DNA of 64,000 nt, from assembly GCF_009914755.1 (NCBI RefSeq), contig NC_060939.1, one strand, 5' to 3'. The position numbers were made by a program, and so were the translations under genes. The stretch's first letter is position 1; every line of letters begins with the position of its first letter. Shown piece by piece: positions 1 through 16,109 of this stretch. Source of the stretch: the human T2T-CHM13v2.0 reference genome, Homo sapiens. Below the pieces are notes generated by a model that worked only from the letters and a program-made list of their open reading frames with translations, made no database searches and was not told where the DNA came from.

Positions 1-538
1 TTCTAATATGTTTGTGTATGGGGCATGTGTGTATCCACAGACAGACAATACCATTTATTTAGTTTTGTCAAAGAACATATCTGGATATGTTCACCATATA
101 AGTTACATGTGCTTTATATACTTAAGACAAAATTAAAACTTAAACTTACTGGATTTGAGGTCCCTTCCCCAAATTGCCATCATTCAAAGATCAGTATTAA
201 AGTATAGGTTGTACTTTTTTTTTTTTTTTTTTTTGGCAGCTCTTATTGAGAAATGACATAGTATCCTTCATTTTTTGTAGAAGCTAAAAGAAATAACCTC
301 ATGGTAGTTTGGTAAATTCGTTTTATAAAGCAGTGATTTGTTTCTGAAGCTTTGAAAATTTAGCATAATCTACATACATACAGCCTTTTTTTGTTGTTGA
401 TTTATAGTTCAGGTGGTTGCTTTTGAAGCTACTTGATACTGCATTTCACTTGCTATCTTCCACATATCACATAGTAGGAAACGTAGCAGTTAATGAATCT
501 AACAGATGCCAGCAATAACCACCATGTTTTTTTTTTAA

Positions 539-778
<240 letters not shown>

Positions 779-1866
779 TAGTAAACCCTAAAGATTCTTG
801 TCCTAAATGTCTTTAATGAAATCTTTGGGAAGAGGATCTTTCTGAAAGGAAGGCAAAGACTGACTTTTCAGAATTTTCTTTACTGTCTTTGGCAGTAAAG
901 TATTGGCTAAGTATTAGTCCATAAAATCTTCTTGTGACCTTGTGCAAAAAGCATAAGCTTTCTACAGAGATCATTTTTAGCTAAAACTTGGATTTTTTTC
1001 CAGATGTGTAATAATTGGCACAGCAGTTTTTGCCTTGAAATAGTGCATAAGAAATCTGAATAGCAAGAGTTCTGATCTAGAAAAGTTGTTTATTGTAATT
1101 TAGAACCAGCCTTCAGTGGTAGAAAGAATGTGAAACTGTAATTTATACAGATCGAAATTTAAACTTTATTCCCGAACTGCGGGGGAGGTAGTTTTAAGAA
1201 TGGCTGTAATTTCAGTAATAAATAAAGGAAACAATTTTAGATTAATCCACAAAGAGAATTTTTAAGAACTCAGTCCATCTTTTTTAAGTATGATAATTTT
1301 TAAAGGGGGTGTTCGTTCTACAGCCATACACATCAAAAATTCTGTGTTTACCATCTTACATTATTTTTTATCCAAATTATCTTTTAAAGAAATGAAGTTC
1401 TTTTTGAACCTGCTATTTTAAACTTATACCATGTGTTGGCATGTTTATGGCATGGTTTTTAAGGTTCATTGCATGCTGTGAAATGTTCTTCTACGAAGCA
1501 GATTTTTAGCTATAAGCCATGTGATGAAGGCTAAAAACTTACCTATCATCAAAATAATTAATTGCCCTAAATGCTGAAGGCTTGTATTCTGTAAGATAGG
1601 GTTGGTTCCAGATTTTCACACTCACATATCTTACACATACATACACTCATTTTTGAGCCTCTGAAGTAAACGTCACACAAGGCTGCCTGTTTTCTGAGAA
1701 CTGTATTTTCAGCAGCATGGGTAACATTAGATACCTGTTTTGTGTTTGTTTTTTTAATGTCAGGAAATCTTGAAAATCAGTCTCCTTTTAAAGTACTTTT
1801 TATTGCTATTGATAAGCTAATAAGTGTCAAAACATATGTAAGTTATTAAACTAGTAAAATGGGGAA

Positions 1867-2177
1867 GTGTCAGATGGCTCACACCTGTAATCTCAGCACT
1901 TTGGGAGGCCAAGGCGGGAGGATTGGTTGGAGTTCCAAGACTAGTCTGGGCAACAAAGTGAGACCCTCATCTCTACAAAAAATAAAAAAAAATTAGTCTG
2001 GCACAGTGGCATGCGCCTGTGGTCCCAGCTACATGGAAGGTTTAGGTGGGAGGATCTCTTGATCCCAGGAGGTCAAGGCTGCAGTGAGCCATGTTCATGC
2101 TACTGCACTCCAGCCTAGGCCATAGAGCATGACCCTGTCTCAAAAAAAAAAAAAAAAAAAAGAAAGAAAGAAAAAAA
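1867..2177 (+). mobile_element. Alu (AluJ-like)
   Basis: Dimeric Alu with poly(A) tail. Confidence 0.93.
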
Positions 2178-2747
2178 TATGAGAGGGTATTGTTATCACT
2201 GCTGGTAATAGTAATGAAATAATTTTAATGGTATAATAAAAGGAATTTGTTACAAATGTGAATGCAGAATAACTTAATAATTTGTTGAAATACTATTTAT
2301 CCTTATTTAGAAGCATGACTTAAAAATCAATATTCTTGAATTTTAAGTTAGTCTCAGCAGCAACATTTGCAGTTCTTATTCCTTACCTCTTAATGATTTT
2401 TTAATTCTTCACTTTTACTAGCTTACTGCTCCTATTCCAACTTATCAGCTACAGTATTTATTATATATCTGGCTCCTCCCAGTTGGAGTTTGCATAAAAT
2501 GGAACTTCTGTCTTGAGAAAGTTGTTTTTTTACCAATTTCAGATATTCCATAATAGAAAGGGAGACTTATCAAAATGTAGTCCTCCAAAGCCACCTAGAA
2601 ACCTAGTGCATTTTAGAAGACTGTTAGAGGGAAAAACTCTTTCATTGGATGGCACCCTAAAACTTATAACTAAGAAAGTAGCTCCTACTATATGCTGAAG
2701 GAATGCACTGCCCACTTCAGAACAACAACAGAAGGTCTGCCAGAGGT

Positions 2748-3096
<349 letters not shown>

Positions 3097-4233
3097 TCAA
3101 ATTAGTCTAGAAAAAATGGTCTTCTGAGACATGAAGTGAGTCTGGCTTAGTCTGAGCTGCAACATTAGTGCCACAGCAACTAGCCCAAGCTGTTGTTCAG
3201 TGTGTCTGTCACAGCCTTCTCTTCAGTCCTTATCACCTTCTCAGCGGGTACAGAGCTGTGGAAAATCTGCCAGAAATCATCTGCTATCTTCATCTCATCC
3301 AGACACAATCACTAGTACTTTTAGTAGTGGAGATAAGATGTATCTGGCAGGCTTAGCCTCAAAATATAAAGTTACTAGCTGACAAAATCTGACACTGTTA
3401 GGTGAGTCAGTATTCATCTCCTGTCCTTCTGAAGTAAGCCTTTTAGCTGTTGAGTCCTCAGTTCTCAGCTTCAGCAAAAAGACCAAAGGATGGAATGAAA
3501 TGAAGATTAGTCTGCCACTGACTATCCCCGCAGAGTCTTAGGCATGTTATTGAGGAAGACTGTCTTATCGTGGTGGTTCTTTTCCGTGTCTGAGGGCTTC
3601 CATTAGTACTGCTGGGATCACTTTATTTACATGCTCAGCACCCACCTATATGGAATCAACTCTTCATATTCTTTCAGAGTGTGTGATTTTGGGGGCATGT
3701 TTTTGTAACTCTTGCCAACTGGCTCCAAGAGTTAATCTCCAGCTTTTATTGTCCCCTTGTCACAACAATACATCCTCCTAACTAATCATGACTAAGAAAT
3801 AATGTGGTTTTACATTCTGGAATCGATTCCCCACCCCCACCCCTACCCCGCCCCACCTTGTTTTTGGTCTCTTATAACTTTCCAGAAGTTTGTCGATTTT
3901 TTTCTGCATTAACATAAGTTAGTATTTGTTTTGGGCTCCTAATAATGGAGGCTATATGGCCAGACTTACAAAGTGATCACAGAAATACTTGTTGATCAGC
4001 AATTTGGTACCACCATATAGAATTCATGAGGTCAGCTTCTTTCAAAGACATTTGCCTTTCATTATTCCATTTGTTTATTGCAGAGAATAGAAGTATTCTG
4101 ATAAACGTAGATATTTTCAGGACCTCCACAGAGCATTCAGATGACATTTTTGTTATAATGGAACTTTATCCTAATGGGCAGCATCCTAATTGTAGGGTTT
4201 AAATATATCACTCTTCCTCCTAGCATTTAGAAA

Positions 4234-4475
4234 AGGGTTTGATATGCTTTTTCTATAAAGGGCCAGAGAGTAAATATTTTCAGCTTTGTAGGCTGTATAG
4301 TCTCTGTCACAACTACTTAACTCTGACAATGTAATGTGAAAGCAGCTATAGATAATATGAAAACAGATGGGCACGGCTGTATTCCAATAAAACTTTATTT
4401 ACAAAAACAAGCTCCTTTATTTACAAAAACATAGGTCAAGATTTGGCTACAGGCCAGACCTTGGGAATTCCTGCT
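4234..4475 (+). mobile_element. MER58A-like hAT-Charlie MITE
   Basis: Typical core aagggccagagagtaaatattt...ccaataaaactttatttacaaaaaca. Confidence 0.8.
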
Positions 4476-4661
4476 TATAAATTGGCACCTAAGCAGATAT
4501 AATGGGGTTAGCATGTTTTTCTTTTTCTTGGAGCCTATAACGTTTGGCTTATGTTAATGAGTAGTTTGAGAGTTTTATTGAAGTAATTGGAATACTTGAG
4601 GCAAGCCAGGATCCACTGGTAGTGGAAGAGTAAGAGTTGATGGCAGGATAAAAGTGGTACA

Positions 4662-4981
<320 letters not shown>

Positions 4982-5296
4982 GTGGTACAGACAGGTCAGC
5001 TCCCAGCCTGCAGTACGGACAAGTCAGTGATCAAGGTTACTAGCAGTGTAAGGTCTACACGGACACAGTAACCATTTGGCTGAGCATTTCCTTGTTCTCA
5101 TTAGTATTTGATACTGATATATCATTTAAATTTTAAAGCGCGAAATCAAGAGTTTTTAGAACTATTGAAATGTCAGCATTTGGCTTTAGTTTTGTTCCCA
5201 TTTATTTAGCGTAAGGCTAAACTTTTAGAATAAACTGCTGAGAAGAAGGAAAATTTTTTAGTAGAAAACTGAAAATAAAAGGAATCATGAATTTTA

Positions 5297-5570
5297 GCAA
5301 TGTATGGTGGCTTACACCTGTAATCCCAGCACTTTGGGAGGCTAAGGTGGGACTACTGCTTGAGCCTAGGAGTTCAAGACCAGCCTGGGCAACATAGGGA
5401 GACCTCATCTTAGCCACATGTGGTGGCGCATGCCTGTAATCCCAGGTACTTGTGAGAAAGAGGTGAGAGGATCACTTGAGCCAGGAGTTCAAGGCTCCAG
5501 TGAGCCGTGATCACACCACCATACTTCACCCTGAGTGACAAAGTGAGACCCTGTATCAATTTAAAAAAAA
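5297..5570 (+). mobile_element. AluJ-like lacking the middle A-linker
   Basis: Alu body; imperfect TSD ggaatcRtgaattt. Confidence 0.9.
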
Positions 5571-8500
5571 GGGGAATCGTGAATTTCATTGGAGCAATAA
5601 AAAGAGCTCTCTGCAATATAAAGTTAGCGACATCCCATTGATTTATGGCCGTAATACCTAAGTACCTAGGCCCAACAAGGTAACTCCATCAAAACACCTT
5701 TCTCTTTAATGAAAAGTACGGTTATTCCTCAGTCAGACAGTAACTTCAACTTCAAACCAAAACTAAATGAAATTCGAAGCATTTTGTACTAATGGAAGCT
5801 TGATGCAGATCTAAACAGTTTCTTATTCATGACATAGGATAAAATTTCATTTGTGAGATCTTTTGATTCATTGTTATAAGTCCTGATAAAATTTAATACA
5901 GGTATTTCTCTTAGTTATTTTTTGGTATTGCTTGGGTTTTTTGTTGTTAAGGGGTGGTTGAAGAAGTGACATATTCTTGTATGAGAGCGTAGTAACTAAT
6001 GTTAAATTGTAAAGTGTAAGGCTACCCTATATAATGATTTAAAAATATAAATCATGTCTGTTTTCTAAATTTTAAAGCAATTAGAGAAACTATATTTTTC
6101 TTAGTTACAGGAGACTTTAAGTAAAGACTGACAGGCAAATAGGGTAATATTTTATTCAAAATTATCTTGGCATTTTTGTCATTTATCAAAATAAATTTGA
6201 AATCATTTTAATCTTCCATTTGGACAGTATTTAATTTTAGTAATGGGGTTTGTAATACGGTAGAAATTATGTGTCTATGTTTCAACTGAATAGAAAGATT
6301 TTACTTTTAACCACTTTTTTGCTTTCTGCAAGTAATTTTTTCCTAAATGGGCAATTTTTTAAATTTTTATTTTTATTAAGACGACATTATAGTGCTTTTT
6401 TAAGGGTTTTGGTAACATTTTAAAATATAAAATTGTTCAAAATGGCAACTTTTTTAAAATTTGAAAGCCATAGAGGTTATATACATTTATGGAAATATGT
6501 AAAAGGAACTGTAACAAATGTAATACTACCAAGTTTCTAGTAAAACCTCTCTTCAGATAAATCAAAATCTTGGAGTAGACAGTATGTAAAGATCCTTTAA
6601 GCAATCTGTGTATTAATAGTGATTAATTTAAATCATTAGTATTCAGTGAATGGTACAAATTATTAGAATACGATTCAAAATCAAGAGGAATTCATACTGT
6701 TTTCCAGTTTGTCCCTCAATTCACAAGACCTCTCTTATTCATCAACTAATTAGATTTAACATTTTTCCATTGTGAATGCTAAAGCCATCGGCCAAATTAA
6801 ATGAAAACAAGTCCCTTGTTGGGTGCTTCCAGAAAAGTAAGGCCATACATAGATTGTGAAGATTGAGTATGCAGGATGGTGTCATTTAATGGCATGGGCC
6901 TTTTATTCTGAAATGGAGCTCTTCATAATCATTGAAACGTGGAGGGTAGCAGGCCTTGGGGTTTGCCTTGCCCTGCTACTCCCCTAACAGCGGCAGCCTG
7001 TCAGCTGTATGCTAACGAGGTGAACAATTAAACCGAGTCCTATCTGGCTGGCCCCACAGGCTCTAGGCTCAGACAAAGAACTGTTTATACACCTGTTGTA
7101 TGTGTAGACAGAGCCATTTGAATGTGGAGCTGCGGATTAAAGGGAAGACATGGGAGCCCAGGAGAGCAAGGGTTAAAGAGAACTATAAGAACTGTGAAAG
7201 TCAAATTCTCCAGAAAATATATGAGGGCCATTTGCAAGGAGAATCAAGTTACAAAGAAAAAGTTCCTGCTAACTTCATTGACATGAAAAACTCCAGACTT
7301 CAAGCCTTCGTCTAGTCTGAGGCCATTTTTTTAAAGGCTTATATTTTTGCTATGTGTGCCAGTTAAATTTTTTCTTTTGTAAGCTAATTATGTTTAAGTT
7401 CGTGTGAGAAAATACTTAGTTTGTATTGTTCTATAGTGTAAAAATATTTCCTGGTGTTTCTGTTGCAAAACAAATCTAGCACCCATTCTGATTTTCCTTA
7501 AGGGAAAAGTAAAATTTCTAAGATTTATTATTTAGGTAATGATCAGACACTTTTTAATAGTTGAGCTTTAAAAAAATCAAATAATTATTTATACTGATGA
7601 AGTAAAAGGAAATCAGAATTCAGCAGATGAATCATCACTTAGATAAGTGAAAATTCAATTTGTTACTGTTCAGTAGTATTGTCTTACATAGCTATAAAAT
7701 GTTTCACATGTATAACATACACTAAGTATACATATGTTTAAAATTTAAATTTTAGAAGGCTGTTTTTTAAATTACTTGGTGTGATAGTTCAAAATGTTAT
7801 GTAAAACAGAATTAGTATATATTGCCAGGGGTCATAGAAGTTTTAAGTCCACATTATTATAAATACAAATACACCTCAGCTTTTACTTTAACTTACAATT
7901 ATTTCCCCAGCCCGTCAAAATTCTCCTAGATTTATTTAATCTTTAGAGTAGGCCTAATCTTCCAAGGTTCCAAAGAATTTGCAGCCGTATATTATGTTTG
8001 CCCATATCTATTTTTATAAAATGGGATTTTGAACTTCCTTTCCTCTTAGATCACTGAGTACTTCATAGTAAGAAAGCACCCTCATTCGTTAAGAATAAAC
8101 AAGACCAGGATACCCTTGAAACAGAATTTCATGAAACATTTTAAAAATAATTTGTTCTCTTGAATACAATTTTCACAGTCCATTTCTTTACTGATTGTTA
8201 GGTTGAGTACTTCAGATTCTTCTCAAGTTTTTTTAGGGGAACAACCAAATACTAAAACTTTCTGAAAGTGGGAAGTAGGATGGAAGTCTGCCATAGTTTC
8301 TGTGGTCCCTTCCCAGCTTTAAGGTTTTGTGATTCTAATACATCGTGAAATTGTGTGGTTTAGAGAAAGGGTGTAGTGGAGGCATGATTATTACCCAAGG
8401 GAGTAGTGACACAAATAATGCTCAGCAATGACCAATCCTAAAATCATTTTAAAAGTAACTATTAAATTAAATTTTAAAATCCACTAAATGGCTATGTTTC

Positions 8501-9393
8501 TTAAAAATAAAGATGAGAATAAGTGTAAAAGACAAACATTTCATGGAAAGTGTGGTGGAAGAACGAATCTATTCTAATTAGATCTACTACCAAATGACCT
8601 GCATTGCCTAAAATTTTGCTTTGGTTCCTTTTGTTTAGTTCACAGAAAAACCAAAGGATAAACTTGCATAGGGGTATTTATTCCTCTTAGGGTAAAATCA
8701 TGCAAAGTCATGGAAGATAAAAGCTATATTAATTACTCAAGAGGGATTCAAAGCTTGGCAGTTTACTAGGATTGAAGGATTTATTGAAAAACAGTGGTTC
8801 TCATGTATAACTCCAGCCAATAAACCTATTTAATTAAAAGCTTAATCTTCTAGTTGACACGTCTGCTACTATTCTAATAAAAACTTCATCCGTAACAAGT
8901 TTTTTTATGTATGTTAATACTGCAATAGCTGACTGTTTGATGGTGTTTGCATTGCTTGGAATGTAGCAGTATTTTGTTAAATGCCAGTTCATGCATACTT
9001 TAATGTATTTAGGTATTATATGAAATAGATTTTCAGATTGATTATATAGGATTATTAATAGACCCTATAATACGTAGTGCGTTGTGGCTTATAGAATGCT
9101 TTGTCAGCTCATTTGCTTCTCACAAACACCCTCTGTGGGATTTAAAATTTACAAATTAGAAGTTTCATTTTTTAAAAAAGGTATGTTTTGGTTTGATTTA
9201 AAAGCAGTACTGCTATGAAGTATTAATATTTTGAAATTCTCCCCAAAAACCAGAATAATGGCATCCAGAAAAAGTTGCTGAAATCAGATGAGTGACACTG
9301 TTTTCTCTATTAAACCTAGTAAAATAATTTGGACAGTTATTGCCTCTGAACTATCTTAATCTTTTTTTATTTTTGGGTTTTCCTTAACTTTAG

Positions 9394-9534
<141 letters not shown>

Positions 9535-10359
9535 TAATGCAGACAGAGATATCATTTGGAACACTGTCACCTTTCTCACAGCTGGATTGACATCTGTGAA
9601 TCAAAAGTCATTGAGGTGAGGGAATTCCAAATAGCGTGGAGAGCAGATATTTAGGGTTCCAACTGGCCCACCTAGGTTGACAATTACAGATACTTATTGA
9701 TGAATAGAGCCACGTACAGACCATTGTTCAGTATTTACCAGTTATCTTTTACCTCTTCCTGTTCTGTCATGTCCCTCTTCCTCAGACATTTTCCCTCATG
9801 AGTGTATCTTCATGGTCTTTAGAGGCATTGACAGAGATATTTCTGATTATACTGAGAGCTCCGAATGATGGAAGCTGTTGTTTTAGAGATTATCATTTGA
9901 TTGAAGAGACATGCAATTTTGATAAAAAGCAAACTTGATCACTGTTCCAATAGAGCTTACAAGTAAGTGTGAAGATAGAGCACTTGAAAGTGCAAATAAG
10001 ATCACCAAAATAAAGTTCTCCCAGTTACATTTAACCATGATGCCTGTTTTACTGTTTATCCAGGAAGATGTTAAGCTTATGTCCTTTACCTCTGCAACAT
10101 CTTAGAAGTTAGTTTCTAAAATACATAGTTTCTCATCCTTGTTCATTTGTTAAATAGTGCCTGAAAGTGAGCATTAAATTGGTCATGGGGGTCAGACTTG
10201 TTCTTCTAAATACAAATGCTGTTAAAAAGCACAAGGATGTGGATATATTCTTTTCAGCTCTAAATAGTATACTTTCCTACATCTTCAAACCTCCATCATA
10301 ACCCTGTAACTGCTAAGGATATTCACCAGCTAGAAAGCTTTTTATTGTCTTAGCTGTAA

Positions 10360-10596
<237 letters not shown>

Positions 10597-11452
10597 TAAA
10601 TTTTATTCATTTTCCATAGGTAAAAATACTTGAGAAGCTGGGTGTCATGCATTTATTAACTGTCAGCTATGTTCTAGATATTGTGTTAGGATTTTTGTGT
10701 ATGTTGTCTCATTTAATCACCACATCATCTCTATAAAAGAGAAGTATATGAAGGTTTGATTTCAAAATTATGTTTTCCTTCATACTATACCATTTGAGGG
10801 ACTATATATAAAATATAATTATATCTCTTCACTCAAGTTGCTTAGTCTGTTAGATAAGTAGAAGGTAAAATAGCTAAAAGAAGTTAAATCATGTGGTACA
10901 GACATTTAGATAGATTTGATCAATATTTGAATATGGTCAGGTGTCACTTAACAATGGTATATATTCTAAGAAATGCATTGCTAGGCAATTTCATCATTGT
11001 GCAAACATACAGTATACTTTCACAAACCTAGCCTGTTGTTCCTAGGCTGTATACCTGTATACCATGTTACTGAACTGAGTGCTGTAGGCAATTGTAACAC
11101 AATGGTAAGAATTTGTGTATCTAAACACCTAAAAGGCACAGTAAAAATAAAAGATAAAAAATGGTACCCGTATAGGCCACTTATCATGAATAGAGCTTGC
11201 AGGACTCGAAATTGCTCTGGGTGATTCAATGAGCAGGTGGTGAGTGAATGTGAAGGCCTAGGACATTTCTGTACACTATTGTAGACTTTACAGACACTGT
11301 ACATTTAGGCTATATTTCATTTATTAAAAAATATTTTTCTTCAATAGTAAATTAACCTTAGCTTACTGTATGTCATTTACTTTATAAACTTAAATTATTT
11401 TTAACTTTCTGACTCTTGTAATAATAGCTTAAAACACAAACACATTATATAG

Positions 11453-11806
<354 letters not shown>

Positions 11807-12047
11807 TAAGCTTTTTCCTATTTTTAAAATTTTGTGGTTTTTTGTTTGTTTGTTTACTTTTCAAACTTTTTTGTTAAAAACTAAGACACAAACACACATG
11901 TTAGCCTAGGCCTACACAAGGTCAAGATCATTAATATCACTGTCTTCCACCTCCACATCTTGTCCCACTGAATGTCTTCACAGGCAGTAACATGCAGGAA
12001 GCTGTCTCTCCTAAGGTAACAAAGCCTTCTTCTGGAATACCTCCTAA

Positions 12048-12422
<375 letters not shown>

Positions 12423-12468
12423 AAATACATAAACCAATAACATAATTAGTTATTATTATTATCAAGTA

Positions 12469-13054
12469 CAGCAGGTCCTCAAAGAACATCATTTTGTGAA
12501 ATGATGAGAAAAAAAATTGATTCCTAGCTAGAGCCTCTTTGTTTGTGGAGTTTGCACATTCTTCCCATGTCTCCTCATGTGGGTTTTCTCTAAGTACTCC
12601 GGTTTCTTCCTTCACCCCAAAAATGTGCGTATTAGGTTGAGTAATGTGTCTGAATTGTCCCAGTATGAGAGAGTGTGGGTGTATGTGTGAGTGTGCCCTG
12701 CAATGAAATGGCATCCCGTCCAGGATTGTTTCTACCTTGCTCCCTGAGCTGCTGGGATAGGCTGCAGCCTCCCCCGACCCTGAACTGGAATAATTGGGTA
12801 AATAATAATCTTACTTATTTTTATGAGTCTTTCTTAAATGTATGCATAGTTCACATTTATTTCATTGTTTAATATTAGAAGTGTATTTTGGTTTTTATTT
12901 AGAAGTTTGATGATATTTTGTCACCAGAAATGTACTGTAGGGACTTAACTCTTATTTATATCAATTAACCTATGATAAAACTGGTTTTATTATGTGTCAT
13001 TTTCCTTAAAGTTGCAGTTTCCAAGAACTGATCAATGACATTGAGGACTTACTG
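12469..13054 (+). mobile_element. MER6A-like TcMar-Tigger element
   Basis: Terminal inverted repeats CAGCAGGTCCTC / GAGGACTTACTG flanked by TA; internal tgtggagtttgcacattct...tactccggtttc core. Confidence 0.85.
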
Positions 13055-13309
13055 TAGTGTGTACTGTACTTAATTGCATGCTTTTATACAACTGGCAGCA
13101 CAGTAGGTTTGTTTATAACAAACAAAGAGTTAACGTGACTAATGTGTTGTGCTGCAGCCTTACCACAGCTACATTACTATATAATAGACATTTTTTAGCT
13201 CCAGTATAATAAGACCACTGTCATGTATGTAGTCCCTCATTGACTGAAATGTTATGGGCTCATAACTGTATATTAATATAAGGGCTAAATATATGGTAAG
13301 ACTCTGATT

Positions 13310-14313
<1,004 letters not shown>

Positions 14314-14789
14314 GACTTTTTTCTAATGAAAATTTAAAAGTTAGATCATTTAGTATATTTGTGGTACACCCTATTTCTTGGCATACATATTCATTTATCA
14401 ATGATATGTGTATATATCTTATACAGATTTAAAACATTGTTCTTTGTGTTGAATTATGGTGCAATGATGATGGTAGATAAAACTAAAAGAAGCAGAATGT
14501 TCCTTTCTGTCATTCACAACTTAAAAGGTGTCCTTTTGCTCTTTTGACATTCTCACTGTTTTCAACACCTAAACATTTATCTTGGGAAAAAGGAAATCTT
14601 AAGATCTTAATATTATTACTTTAATATGTATTGTACTCAACTATCAGGGGCATAAGGAAGGAAAAAACTGTGTCAAGGAATTCAGAGACCACTCTTTGGA
14701 GGCATCTTAACTCTTACATAGTTTTTATTCAAATAGAATTTTAAGGGAAACAATTTACATCTTTCCTCCATATTCATCTTCTTATAGAT

Positions 14790-14985
14790 CAGGAATCAGC
14801 AAACTTTCTCTGTAAAGTCCCAAATAGTGACTATTATTAGGCTTTACTGGACATACAGTCTCTGTCACAGCTACTTACCACTGCCATTAGAGGACAAAAG
14901 TAGCCAAAGTCAAATGGGTATCGCTGTTCCAATAAAATTTTACTTACAAAAAAGGATGACCAGCTCATAGATCAGTTTGCTGACC
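14790..14985 (+). mobile_element. MER58A-like
   Basis: caggaatcagcaaact...ccaataaaattttacttacaaaa...gtttgctgacc. Confidence 0.75.
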
Positions 14986-15029
14986 CATATTATAGGTCAT
15001 CAGAAATTAGGAGGCAGTGTAATAGGTTA

Positions 15030-15270
15030 GTAATAGTCCATAATAATGAATAGGTTAATAACATGACCTTTGGACAAAATAAGGGTTTGAATTGTGGTTC
15101 CATTACATACTTGCCGAGTGACTTTGGGCAAGTCTTTGAGCTCAGTTTCTTCTTCTCTAAAAGGAGACTTTCTGTTACAGGATTCTTGTAGGAATAACCT
15201 GAAAATGATGCATGTAAAACCCTTTGCACACGGTCTAGCACACAGTAAGCACTCAATAAAGATACTATAT
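15030..15270 (+). mobile_element. MIR SINE
   Basis: gtgactttgggcaagtc...ctcagtttc...cacagtaagcactcaataaa. Confidence 0.8.
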
Positions 15271-15394
15271 CTACTGTTACAGTGGTAGTGTTATGGTGGT
15301 AATTTTAAGTGTATGGTGTAGGCTTGCTTCCATGGAGCACTGAGCTGACATCTCATCATCATACTGCCACCAGTTAGCTCTGTGATCCTAGGTC

Positions 15395-15575
15395 TTGAAG
15401 TGGTTCTCAACCCTGCTGCCCAGACCCTGGAACATTTTAGAAATACAGGTGCCTGGGCCCCAACCCAAACTCACTAAATTAGTGAGTCTAGCATCTCTGG
15501 TAGTGAGACCTGGAAAGCTGTATTTTTCAAGTGCTCTTGGAGATTCTAATGAGTGGCTATCTGTGGACACCACTG
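15395..15575. mobile_element. MER5-like hAT MITE
   Basis: agtggttctcaacc...gattctaat...caccactg termini. Confidence 0.65.
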
Positions 15576-16109
15576 GGCTCGATGATCTTTAAAGGACTTT
15601 TTGAAGTCAAAGAACCAGTGATTTTCTTTTGTCAAAAGAATGCATTTATATGATTCTTAATGATTAGCAGGTTAAATATTGCATACTTTTTAGGGACAGA
15701 GTCTCTGTTTGTCACCCAGGCTGGAGTGCAGTGGACAATAACCTCAAGCTGCTGGACTCAGGCAATTCTCCCATGCCCGCCTCAGCTTCCCAAACCACTT
15801 AGGTTACAAGCACGAGCCACCATGCCTGGCCTGTGTACTTGTTCTTTTATTAGAATACTCAGGGTATTAAAGAAGAGGTAAAAATGTCTAATATTTTTGT
15901 ACATTATTTCAAGGTTCTGAGAAGCTGTGGTCAGTAATTTATATCTGAATCATAAATAGAACTTTCTATAAGCTGTTACAGAGCATCTCCCTCATATGTT
16001 TTTTTTTCTGATTATGTAGTCTATTTTCATTACAGAAATGTAGAAAATACAGAAAAGTATGCACAAAAATCACAAGAAACACCACTATTCAGAATTAACC
16101 ACTGTTTAC

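Noticed and set aside
8619-8656. CTTTGGTT/AACCAAAG stem as a structured RNA
   Set aside because: An 8-bp stem in AT-rich DNA is expected by chance and has no other support.
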